IMG/VR virus record: IMGVR_UViG_3300040856_002293
Span: 6,805 to 70,804 of that record
Source: a virus
Length of the DNA stretch: 64,000 nucleotides
Direction: 5' to 3' (one strand)
The notes beneath the pieces are model-generated. The model had not been told where the DNA came from and did not search any database. It was given only the letters and a program-made list of their open reading frames with translations. Shown here piece by piece: positions 33,433 through 42,749 of this stretch. How positions within the stretch are numbered: position 1 is the stretch's first letter; every line of letters begins with the position of its first letter. Position numbers and translations under genes: made by a program.

Positions 33433-34517
33433 AAGAAAGATTTGTATTAGTATTAGTAATATTATCTGCATTACTTATATCCGCATCTGCTGCGTTTTTT
33501 TCAGTATACGGATTAAGTAAAGTTTTTGCAGGAGCAGGTATATCTGTAATCATAATGGCTTCAGTATTAGAAGGATCTAAACTGATTGCTGCTTATGCTT
33601 TGCATCAGAACAAGAAAGTATTTCCACCCTTATTAAGAATTTACTTATCCATTGCTGTAATAGTATTAATGATAATAACCTCAGCTGGTATTTATGGATT
33701 TCTATCAAATGCTTATCAGATTACAGCAAATACTAATACAATAGTTGAAAAAGAAATTGGAATTGTCCAAGCAAAAGTAGATAATCTTTCAGTTAGATTG
33801 GAAGATTTACAAACTGAAAGAGAATCTATTGTTTCGGATATAACAGAGTTGAGAAATGGATTATCTACAGGTACTACTATTAGTTATATTGATAAAGAAA
33901 GTGGCGAGAGAATTACCACTACATCTTCAGCCACAAGAACTTCTTTAGAAAGACAACTTACTGATGCTATTGAAAGAAGAAACAAATTAGATTTCTCAAT
34001 CGAAGATTTATCAACACAAATAGATAGTTTTAAGATAGAAATTCTAACTATGGAAACTGGTAATGATGCTGCAGCTGAACTTGGACCCATTATATATCTC
34101 AGTAAGATTACTGAAGTTCCTATGGATATTCTTATGAATTATTTTATATTAATGATTATTTTTGTGTTTGACCCTTTAGCAATTACTTTAGTTATTTCTA
34201 TAAGTTATTTAATAAACGACATAGCATCAAAGAAAACATCTCCCAAGAAAATTGAGGTGTCTCCTAAACTTTTAGGAGTTTATAAGTCAGACAATCAGGT
34301 TATAGAAGACGAAAAGATTGAAGAGGCTTATAAATCAGTAGTAGAGAAGAGTCCAACAAGAAGGAAGATTAAAAAAACAAATACTAAAAAAAGTAATTTA
34401 ACAACAAGTAGAACTAAGAGAAAACCAAGTACACCAAAGAAACCAATTAGAAATAGAAAACCTACAAACGTTACTGAAGAAAAAAAAAAGACTCAGCAGA
34501 GGACAGTAAAGAAGTAA
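33426..34517 (+). CDS. membrane protein with coiled coil; probable -1 frameshift extension to 34747
   Basis: three N-terminal helices, coiled coil, IFVFDPLAI helix; A10 run with in-frame A_AAA_AAG near the end. Confidence 0.85.
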   Translation: MLKERFVLVLVILSALLISASAAFFSVYGLSKVFAGAGISVIIMASVLEGSKLIAAYALHQNKKVFPPLLRIYLSIAVIVLMIITSAGIYGFLSNAYQITANTNTIVEKEIGIVQAKVDNLSVRLEDLQTERESIVSDITELRNGLSTGTTISYIDKESGERITTTSSATRTSLERQLTDAIERRNKLDFSIEDLSTQIDSFKIEILTMETGNDAAAELGPIIYLSKITEVPMDILMNYFILMIIFVFDPLAITLVISISYLINDIASKKTSPKKIEVSPKLLGVYKSDNQVIEDEKIEEAYKSVVEKSPTRRKIKKTNTKKSNLTTSRTKRKPSTPKKPIRNRKPTNVTEEKKKTQQRTVKK

Positions 34518-34759
34518 AAAACTATAAAGTATCTGTTATAGAAAAACCTGTTCCAAAATTTCAAATAGTTGACAATGGGAACAAAGTTTTAAGAAAGGAA
34601 AATGTTGAAGAAGTAATCATAGAGCCAATTTATGATGATAGCATAGTTCAGAATCCTAAAGGAGATTATGCTCTTCTAACTCCAGATGAATTTAATTCTA
34701 TGACAGATGATGAAATAAAAAAGTGGTATAAAAATAGTAAACAATAAAATTAATTAGTT

Positions 34760-35515
34760 ATGGAAAACAAGTCTAAGGAACATTATTTAAAGTTTATGGG
34801 TTATATTGATGAATATCTACCCGAAAGAGCTGAGTCTTTAAAGGCAATGTATGAAGCATTTGGTAAAAGACTTCTATTAGCACCTGCGAGTGCAGTAGAG
34901 CATTATCATAACGCTTTCCCTGGTGGGTATATTGACCATGTGTTGAGAGTTGTTGATTATGCCCTTAAACTTTATGACTTTTATGAGGAAAATGAAATGG
35001 ATTTGTCAGGTTTCACAAAAGGAAACTTGGTATTCGTAGCATTAAACCACGATTTAGGTAAGTTAGGATATGTTGGTGAAGGAAGAGAGAAATACATTCC
35101 TAATGATAGTGAGTGGCATAGAAAGAATATGGGTAAGATTTACAATTACAATGATAAAATTCCATTTGCTATAACTTCAGATTTAAGTTTGTACACTTTA
35201 CAAAAATTTGGAGTTCCAGTACAATGGGAAGAATACTTAGGGATAAAGATACACGATGGATTATATGAAGAGGGTAACAAGCCTTACTTCATTTCAAGGA
35301 GTGACAGTTCTTCCCTTAGAACAAATCTTCAATATATTATGCATATTGCGGATTTAATGGCTTCAAAGCACGAGTATAGAACTTGGAAGAATGAGAAGGA
35401 AGGAAAAGTTGTTACTAAACAAAACAACTCTGAAAGTGTTGATAACTCTAATAATAAAGATAAAGAATCTAAAAAAACTTTGGAAGAATTTAAACAAATG
35501 TTTAATCCTTCTTAA
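34760..35515 (+). CDS. HD-domain phosphohydrolase
   Basis: HNAFPGGYIDH, NHDLGK, IHDG and HIAD motifs. Confidence 0.88.
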   Translation: MENKSKEHYLKFMGYIDEYLPERAESLKAMYEAFGKRLLLAPASAVEHYHNAFPGGYIDHVLRVVDYALKLYDFYEENEMDLSGFTKGNLVFVALNHDLGKLGYVGEGREKYIPNDSEWHRKNMGKIYNYNDKIPFAITSDLSLYTLQKFGVPVQWEEYLGIKIHDGLYEEGNKPYFISRSDSSSLRTNLQYIMHIADLMASKHEYRTWKNEKEGKVVTKQNNSESVDNSNNKDKESKKTLEEFKQMFNPS

Positions 35516-35527
35516 ATTAAGTAAATT

Positions 35528-35863
35528 ATGATTTACGCTGTTACAATATCAATAGTTATTATATTAATATTACTTTATTTATTGTATGTAAATGTTCGTA
35601 AATTAGATACAATCGAAAGTATAGCCTCTGATCTCCAAGATGAAAATGAAAATCTTATTGGATTTATTGGGGAGATTAACGAGAGGCTATACAACGATTA
35701 TGAACATATTAAAGAAATAGATAGAAGAGGTTCTTTTGAGTCAGATGATGAGGTGGGATTCGTTTTTGTTACACTAAAAAGTATAATCGAAGATTCTTTT
35801 GTATTCGTAAATAATTTTTTGAATACCCAAGAATTTAATGAAGAAGAAAAAGAAAGCGGATAG
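35528..35863 (+). CDS. membrane-anchored hypothetical protein
   Basis: N-terminal helix; 'GSFESDDEVGF' motif. Confidence 0.8.
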   Translation: MIYAVTISIVIILILLYLLYVNVRKLDTIESIASDLQDENENLIGFIGEINERLYNDYEHIKEIDRRGSFESDDEVGFVFVTLKSIIEDSFVFVNNFLNTQEFNEEEKESG

Positions 35864-36515
35864 AAATTACTTTACTTTAGATGTAGATAATGCTATTATT
35901 AGATATAATAGTTCAATAAGCAGAAAAGATAGAGAACTAATCTATTCAAAAGAAATTTATCCATCTTTGGATAAACTTGCTGAAAATCTGATAAATACCT
36001 ATAAGTGTCCTTATATAGATTTATCATTTGAAGATTTAAAGCACGATTTGGTGTCTTTCCTTACAGAAAAACTACCTAACTTTTCCCAAGAAGCTGGAAA
36101 GGCTTACTCCTATTACACAGTTGCAGGTAGAAACTACCTAATTGCTCTTAACAACAAAAACTACTCTAAAAGAAAGCAAATTGTAGATTTAGATGTTGTG
36201 GATGAGGAGAGAGATTTAATGAATGAAGTACATACCAAAGAGTATAGAGAGTCATTATCTTGTTTTATAGATGAATGGGTAGATAAGATGGATTCCCAAA
36301 TATACGATATATTTTCTTCGGAAGAGGATATTTCTATAGCAGATTCTATCTTAGAGTTATTTAAAATAAGAGGAACTATAGATACTTTTAATAAGAAGGC
36401 TATGTATTTCTTAATAAGAGAGAGAACCAATATCAAAACTCAAAAAATTACTAAAGTATTGAATGTCCTAAAGGAAGATTTTAACGAATCTATTAACTAT
36501 TATTTAAAAAAATAA
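35838..36515 (+). CDS. phage late-transcription sigma factor (T4 gp55-like)
   Basis: 'NYF...AI..Y...KLAENLI...EDL.......L..F.....KAYSYYT....NYL' sigma region-2 pattern; precedes the structural block. Confidence 0.7.
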   Translation: MKKKKKADRNYFTLDVDNAIIRYNSSISRKDRELIYSKEIYPSLDKLAENLINTYKCPYIDLSFEDLKHDLVSFLTEKLPNFSQEAGKAYSYYTVAGRNYLIALNNKNYSKRKQIVDLDVVDEERDLMNEVHTKEYRESLSCFIDEWVDKMDSQIYDIFSSEEDISIADSILELFKIRGTIDTFNKKAMYFLIRERTNIKTQKITKVLNVLKEDFNESINYYLKK

Positions 36516-36552
36516 TATTAAAATATTTATAGTAAACAACATTTTATAAGAT

Positions 36553-36906
36553 ATGAATGAGGATGATATAATTTTCGATAATGTTTCTTTTTCAGATTTA
36601 ATGAAGGATATCTATGTTACTACTAAAGAAAAAGAAAAAAAGATAAATAGGCTGATAGACCAACTTGAACCTATGATAAATAATATATCAGATGCTACTA
36701 TTGCAGTTCCTCTAATAAAAGACTATTTAGATATAAGCGTAAAAAATGATGACCACTTACTTAAAATGGCGAGTGTTCTTCAAAGACTTATATCTAATAA
36801 ATCAAAAGGGTCTTTCGGTGGAGATATGCTATTATTGTCGGAAGATGAAAAAATGCAATTGATGGAACTTGCTGAAGTAGAGGTTAAAAAATTAAAAGAA
36901 GGATAG
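36553..36906 (+). CDS. conserved hypothetical protein
   Basis: PLIKDYLDISVKNDDHLLK motif; TATTTATA upstream. Confidence 0.8.
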   Translation: MNEDDIIFDNVSFSDLMKDIYVTTKEKEKKINRLIDQLEPMINNISDATIAVPLIKDYLDISVKNDDHLLKMASVLQRLISNKSKGSFGGDMLLLSEDEKMQLMELAEVEVKKLKEG

Positions 36907-38817
36907 ATGTCATTATACTCCATAGGACAGGTAATAGAGACAGGCGATTTAACGTATAACATTAATCCTAAATCAGAAGAAGATAAAACACTTCCTTTAG
37001 GAACTATAAAAGTAAAGATAATATCTGATTCCGATTCAGAAAACTTGACTGATGTATATGCAAGACCCCTAAGTCTTAATTTTTCCTTAATGCCTATGAA
37101 TGGCGAACAAGTTATATTGATTAATGCCCCAGCTATAGAGGGTATAGGACCCAAAAACAAAAATGTAGGATTCTATTATTTACCTTTTCCTATAAATTCA
37201 ACAGATGATTCTGTAATAAATCAAATAAATAACTTAACTCAAAGAACTACAAACTCCAAAGGAGGAACTTTAGTAGCAGAGAACCCTTTTAAGCCTGGTA
37301 GAACTTTTCCATTTCCTTGTAGACCAATAGCACCTTTGCAACCCTTTGAAGGAGAGATGATTATGCAAAATAGGTCTGGAGCATCAATAAGGTTAGGTAC
37401 AGGAACATCCAATAATTCTCAATATTACAAAAAACCTCAACATCATAAAGATACAAGAAAAGGAGATCCCACTTTTGCAATGACTTTAGAAAGACCAGGT
37501 GGACCTAAGTTAAGACCTATAAATGAAATTCCTGTTCCTGTTGTAGGAAATAAAAGTCAAAGCGATAAAGACAAAAGCCAAAAATATAGAATAGAGAATT
37601 TATCTAATAATTTAACAGGAATCTTTGCAGGTATTTCTCAAAGATATAGTAAAGTTAGATTAGGTAGAGGAAGAAGATTTGAAACTAAAGCTGTACCTCG
37701 ATTTAATAAACCTCAAATTCTTTTAGATACTTCAAGGATAGTATTGAATGCCAAAAAAGATAATATATTTATTATAGCAAAGAATAAAGTTGTATTAGAA
37801 GGTAGAAAATTTTTCATAGCAACTGATGAGCATAATGTAGATTTTGATGAATTAGTAAACAGAGTTCAAGAGTTAGCCAAAGAATTACATAGACTTACAT
37901 CTGCACAAGCATTTTATTCTACTCCTTTTGGTCCAACAGGACCTGCAAGTAATCTAATACAAGTTTTGAGGATACATATACTATGTCAAAAGTTTCAATT
38001 GCTTCCCCCTAATTTATTTCCAGCAGCACCTGAACCAAGAACAGATGTATTTGATTTTGGAGTTAATTCCGTAAAAGGAAACGCTATTACAAGAAAACTA
38101 TTAGGATCAGGGGGAGGAGGAGGTTTTCCTGGAGGAGGTGGTGGAGCAGATGGAACTCAAGGAAACACAAGTGTTGGTACTGGTGGTAATGTTAATTTAA
38201 CATCTAATTCAGGTGTAGGAAATGGAAATAATCCCGAAGTGCAAACTCGAAGAGATTTTATATCTCTTATAAATTCATTGTCTTCTAAAGATATAGAGTT
38301 AGGTTTTAATCCTGAACTTGATATAACTGATGCTATAAATCCTTCTTGTGGATTGCCTCAATCTCAATTAGGATACCAAGTAGATTCCAATGGAAATCCT
38401 ATAGTACAAGAAGGAGATGGATTAACATTTAAACCTATAATACCTGAAGTAGAACCTGAAGGGACTTTAGAACCTACTATAGAAGAAGTGAAATTAGTTG
38501 ATTTTGATGATTCCTGTAAAGGAGTGGTATATAACTTTAGTGCAGATCTATTTAGCGGATTGACAGGAGCAGTTAAAAGAGTTAATCATAAGTTAGCTTT
38601 AGTATTAGGAGATAATGAGTCTTGCGCAGGGTGGTACATTATGGATTCTAAAGATGGAAATTCTTTTATTTTAGACAATAGCACTAAGTTGACTTCCAAT
38701 ATATTGGCTGATAACGAGTGTATATCTGACAATATTTTATCAAATAGATGTTTACCTGATGATTCTTTTAGAAATGTAAGATTAATATTGCTAAATTCTT
38801 TATTAAAATTTAATTAA
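36907..38817 (+). CDS. baseplate hub/spike (gp5-like) protein
   Basis: OB-fold-like N-terminus (ARPL...P..GE.V), 'PFEGE...R.GASIRLG', 'QILL...RIVLNAK' beta repeats; lies upstream of gp25. Confidence 0.6.
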   Translation: MSLYSIGQVIETGDLTYNINPKSEEDKTLPLGTIKVKIISDSDSENLTDVYARPLSLNFSLMPMNGEQVILINAPAIEGIGPKNKNVGFYYLPFPINSTDDSVINQINNLTQRTTNSKGGTLVAENPFKPGRTFPFPCRPIAPLQPFEGEMIMQNRSGASIRLGTGTSNNSQYYKKPQHHKDTRKGDPTFAMTLERPGGPKLRPINEIPVPVVGNKSQSDKDKSQKYRIENLSNNLTGIFAGISQRYSKVRLGRGRRFETKAVPRFNKPQILLDTSRIVLNAKKDNIFIIAKNKVVLEGRKFFIATDEHNVDFDELVNRVQELAKELHRLTSAQAFYSTPFGPTGPASNLIQVLRIHILCQKFQLLPPNLFPAAPEPRTDVFDFGVNSVKGNAITRKLLGSGGGGGFPGGGGGADGTQGNTSVGTGGNVNLTSNSGVGNGNNPEVQTRRDFISLINSLSSKDIELGFNPELDITDAINPSCGLPQSQLGYQVDSNGNPIVQEGDGLTFKPIIPEVEPEGTLEPTIEEVKLVDFDDSCKGVVYNFSADLFSGLTGAVKRVNHKLALVLGDNESCAGWYIMDSKDGNSFILDNSTKLTSNILADNECISDNILSNRCLPDDSFRNVRLILLNSLLKFN

Positions 38818-38846
38818 ATACCTATTTATATAAAACCGTTATACTT

Positions 38847-39209
38847 ATGGGAACTACAACTGAATCAAAATTAAGAAGGATAATTCGTGAAGAGTTAGAT
38901 TATTATTTTGATAGATTAGAAAAAACTTTAACAGAATCTAAATCTACAACTACAGTAAGAGAGGCTGTTAGTAAACCATCTAAAGTATCATCATCAGCAG
39001 ATGAGGAGAGACAGAAATTTAGAAAAAAGTTTGGAGGATTGATGGGAAAGATTACCGAAGATATGGATACAAGCGATTTAGAAGAAAAGTCTAACTCAAT
39101 ATTAGATAATACTATATTAGAATCATTAGAATCAAATTCTAAAACTCAAGCTGTACATAGAGCTCTTACAAAAGATTACTCTGCTCTTTTAAAGAAAATG
39201 AATAAATAA
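38847..39209 (+). CDS. hypothetical protein (KLRRIIREE; ALTKDYSALLK)
   Basis: ORF after TATTTATA. Confidence 0.8.
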   Translation: MGTTTESKLRRIIREELDYYFDRLEKTLTESKSTTTVREAVSKPSKVSSSADEERQKFRKKFGGLMGKITEDMDTSDLEEKSNSILDNTILESLESNSKTQAVHRALTKDYSALLKKMNK

Positions 39210-39212
39210 TAT

Positions 39213-39728
39213 ATGTCTATACCAACGGTATTTAGGTCTTATGAAACCGATAACTTTCCTGATAAAGCTGTTGGGGTATTATTGCCCTTTAATGGGGATT
39301 CTGTATTAGTAGATATAAAATATCCAAAGGAGATAAATAGGTTGCAAGATACTAAAGCATTCAGACTATCTTACTCCACCGAAGAACAGGCTATAACTAA
39401 TTTAGTTAATCTGTTACTTACAAGAAAAGGAGAAAGACTTATGCAACCTAATTTTGGTTCAAGAATTCCAGAGTTTTTATTTGAACCTAATAGTGCTTTA
39501 AACAGAGACAATTTAAGAGATTCTGTTATATTAGATATAGAATATTGGTTGCCTTATATTCTATTAGATTCCGTTGAAGTAGTTTCTCAATCAGATATAG
39601 CATTTCCTGATAGTTACTCAGAACATAATGTTCAAATTCAAATTTCGTTTAGGGTAACTAATATAGGAGCAAATAGAACTGTGACTATTTTCTTAGATTC
39701 TGGAATAGTAAATTTTGAAATAGCTTAA
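39213..39728 (+). CDS. baseplate wedge protein, gp25-like
   Basis: NLLLTRKGERLMQPNFGS..LFEP motif. Confidence 0.9.
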   Translation: MSIPTVFRSYETDNFPDKAVGVLLPFNGDSVLVDIKYPKEINRLQDTKAFRLSYSTEEQAITNLVNLLLTRKGERLMQPNFGSRIPEFLFEPNSALNRDNLRDSVILDIEYWLPYILLDSVEVVSQSDIAFPDSYSEHNVQIQISFRVTNIGANRTVTIFLDSGIVNFEIA

Positions 39729-39729
39729 G

Positions 39730-41619
39730 ATGAGTTCAAGACTGATAACTAATAATATAAGAAAAGAGGTCAAATATCTTAATAAAGATTTTGGGGAACT
39801 GCGAAGGCAACTAATAGACTTCACTAAAAATTATTTTCCTGATACTTACAATGATTTCAATGAGTCATCTCCAGGGATGATGTTTATGGAACTTGCTGCT
39901 GCTACAGGAGATATATTATCTTACTATACTGATGTTCAATTAAGAGAGTCGTTATTAGTAACAGTAGAAGAGAATCTAAATCTTTTTAATATTGCTCATT
40001 CTTTAGGTTACAAACCTAAATTTAGAACTCCTGCATCTGTAGATTTAGATGTATTTCAATTACTTCCATCCATAAATAATGGAACTTCAGTAGTTCCTGA
40101 TTTTAGATACTGTTTACAGATTGAGTCTGGAATGATAGTTACTTCTGAAAACAATAGAAGTTTCAGAACCATAGATTCAGTAGATTTTAATTATAGTTCA
40201 TCATTAAGTCCTACAGAAATAACTGTGTATTCTTTGGATACTTCAGGTGAAGTTGAGTATTTTCTGCTAAGAAAGCAAGTTAAGGCAGTATCTGGAGAAA
40301 TCAGAACTGCTTCATATAGTTTTACTTCTCCAAAACCTTATGATAAAATTGTTTTAGATGAAAATAATGTTTTAGAAGTTATAGATATTTATGATTCTGA
40401 TAACAACAGATGGTATGAAACTCCATATCTTGCACAAGATTTAATTCCTATATCAGTACCTAATTTACCCTATAATGACCCTCATTTATATAAATTTAGG
40501 TCTTCTGCACCTTACCTTATACAATTCAAGCAAACTGAGAGAAGATTTGTTACTCGATTAAGAGAAAACAATTTTTTTGAGATACAATTTGGATCAGGGG
40601 TTAGTGCTGAATATGATGAAGAAATTATACCTAATCCTTTTAATGTTGGATTTGGGTTAGATTATTTTGAAAGAGTAGTAGATTTGAGCATTGACCCAAA
40701 AAACTTTTTATATACAAAAACTTACGGTAAAGCACCTTCTGATACTTCATTAACTGTTAGATATACAGTTGGTGGTAGTGTTGAAGATAATGTAGGAGCT
40801 AACTCTATATCCCAAATATCTTCTATAAATATTACAACTCCTCAATCCAATTTAGATTCAGCCGTATTTAATTCTATTGTGGATAGTGTTGCTATTAATA
40901 ATCCTAAACCTGCTTGTGGAGCATTGTCAAGAAGGAATATCGAAGATGTAAGAAGAGATGCTTTAGCCAATTTTGCTTCACAAAATAGAGCAGTAACAAA
41001 GGATGACTATGTGGTAAGAGCGTATAGTATGCCTGTTAAATATGGAGCAATCTCTAAAGTTTGCGTAGAATTGGATGACCAAATTGTAGATTCATATTCA
41101 GATCCAAAAGATATAAATTACTTTGGTATTAATCTATATTGTTTAGGATATGATGAAAATAAGAATTTCACACCTTTAAATGATGCTGTTAAATTTAATC
41201 TATTAAATTATCTTAAACAGTATCGTATGATGACTGATTCGGTTTCTATAAGAGATGCTTTCATAATTAATATAGGTATAGATTTTGAGATAATTGTAAA
41301 TGAAATTTACAATAGTAATGAAGTTTTAGTAAGATGTATTAATACATTAAAAGAATACTTCGATAATGAGAAGATGGACATAGGTAAGCCTATATTTAAG
41401 AATACTGTATTAAAAGAAATAGCTCAAGTAGAGGGAGTATTATCTGTTACGAACTTAAGTATTTTTAATCTATATGATACAAACTTAGGATATTCAGGGA
41501 ATGTTTATGATATAGAGGGAGCTACTAAAAGAAATATCATTTATACTTCTATAGATCAATCAATTTTTGAAGTCAAATATCCTAATAAGGATATTAGAGG
41601 AAGAGTAGTAAACTATTAA
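39730..41619 (+). CDS. baseplate wedge protein, gp6/J-like
   Basis: DF..LR..L, LSYY.D, A.SLGY.P, IQFG.G, Y.VGG and QNRAVT.DDY motifs. Confidence 0.9.
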   Translation: MSSRLITNNIRKEVKYLNKDFGELRRQLIDFTKNYFPDTYNDFNESSPGMMFMELAAATGDILSYYTDVQLRESLLVTVEENLNLFNIAHSLGYKPKFRTPASVDLDVFQLLPSINNGTSVVPDFRYCLQIESGMIVTSENNRSFRTIDSVDFNYSSSLSPTEITVYSLDTSGEVEYFLLRKQVKAVSGEIRTASYSFTSPKPYDKIVLDENNVLEVIDIYDSDNNRWYETPYLAQDLIPISVPNLPYNDPHLYKFRSSAPYLIQFKQTERRFVTRLRENNFFEIQFGSGVSAEYDEEIIPNPFNVGFGLDYFERVVDLSIDPKNFLYTKTYGKAPSDTSLTVRYTVGGSVEDNVGANSISQISSINITTPQSNLDSAVFNSIVDSVAINNPKPACGALSRRNIEDVRRDALANFASQNRAVTKDDYVVRAYSMPVKYGAISKVCVELDDQIVDSYSDPKDINYFGINLYCLGYDENKNFTPLNDAVKFNLLNYLKQYRMMTDSVSIRDAFIINIGIDFEIIVNEIYNSNEVLVRCINTLKEYFDNEKMDIGKPIFKNTVLKEIAQVEGVLSVTNLSIFNLYDTNLGYSGNVYDIEGATKRNIIYTSIDQSIFEVKYPNKDIRGRVVNY

Positions 41620-41621
41620 AT

Positions 41622-42749
41622 ATGTATTATTCTATATATCCTACATACGATACAACCATTTACGAAAAGGATTTTCGTAGAAATTCTGGTATAGACCAAA
41701 TATTAGAGTTAATTAAATTTGTATCTAATTCTCCTGATAAAAATGGCTTTTACTATGATGGTATTTATAACTCAAGAATATTAATAAAGTTTGATATAAA
41801 CAATTTATCATCATTAGTTAATTCGGGAAGAGTATCTAAAACATCTAAGTATTATTTATCTTTAAAAGCAACGGAAGCATCTGATTTGCCTTTATTATAT
41901 GATATTGATGTTTATGCTGTTTCTCAATCTTGGGATAATGGTGTAGGTCATTATAATGATTATCCTGAAATAACTGAAGGAGCAAGTTGGGTTTATAGAA
42001 ATGGATACTATTTAGGAACAGGAACTCCTTGGATTTCCTCATCGTATTCTGCAGGAACTACGGGTTCGTATGCCACTACCCAAGGAGGAGGAACTTGGTA
42101 CACCGGTTCTAATTATTATGCTACTAAGAATTTTGACAATGTTGATATCCCTGATATAAGAATAGAAGTTACTAATATAGTACACCAATGGTTAAGTGGA
42201 AGTATAGAAAATAATGGATTTATAGTTAAAAGAACTGAAGCAGATGAATTAAGTTCTGATTACAAAGGAGAATTAAAGTTTTTTGGAAGAGATACCCATA
42301 CTATTTACGTTCCTAAATTAGAAGCAGTATGGGATGATAGTAATTTGTCAGGAACAGGAAGTTTAGATGAAGTTGGTGAGGATTTTGCTTTATTTGTTAG
42401 TAATATAAAGAAAAGTTATAGAACTAATTCCAAATATAGGTTTAGAGTAAAAGCAAGAGATAGATATCCTACACTAACATATTCTAACACAAATAATTAT
42501 TTAGATTTTAAAAGATTACCTACATCATCATTTTATGCTATCCAAGATAGCACTACTGATGACTTTATTATTCCATTTGACACAGGATCTACAAGACTTA
42601 GTGTTGATGCGAATGGTAATTATTTTAATGTTGATATGAATACATTTCTTCCTGAAAGATTTTACAAAATCGTATTTAAAATACAAAAAGATGGAGGGTT
42701 TACTGAGCATATAGTTGATGATGGATTTTATTTTAAAGTGGTTAGATAA
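41622..42749 (+). CDS. structural protein (DNRLRE-like domain)
   Basis: DTTIYE...SRILIKFD...W..G.G...W...N.GFI...PKL pattern. Confidence 0.7.
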   Translation: MYYSIYPTYDTTIYEKDFRRNSGIDQILELIKFVSNSPDKNGFYYDGIYNSRILIKFDINNLSSLVNSGRVSKTSKYYLSLKATEASDLPLLYDIDVYAVSQSWDNGVGHYNDYPEITEGASWVYRNGYYLGTGTPWISSSYSAGTTGSYATTQGGGTWYTGSNYYATKNFDNVDIPDIRIEVTNIVHQWLSGSIENNGFIVKRTEADELSSDYKGELKFFGRDTHTIYVPKLEAVWDDSNLSGTGSLDEVGEDFALFVSNIKKSYRTNSKYRFRVKARDRYPTLTYSNTNNYLDFKRLPTSSFYAIQDSTTDDFIIPFDTGSTRLSVDANGNYFNVDMNTFLPERFYKIVFKIQKDGGFTEHIVDDGFYFKVVR

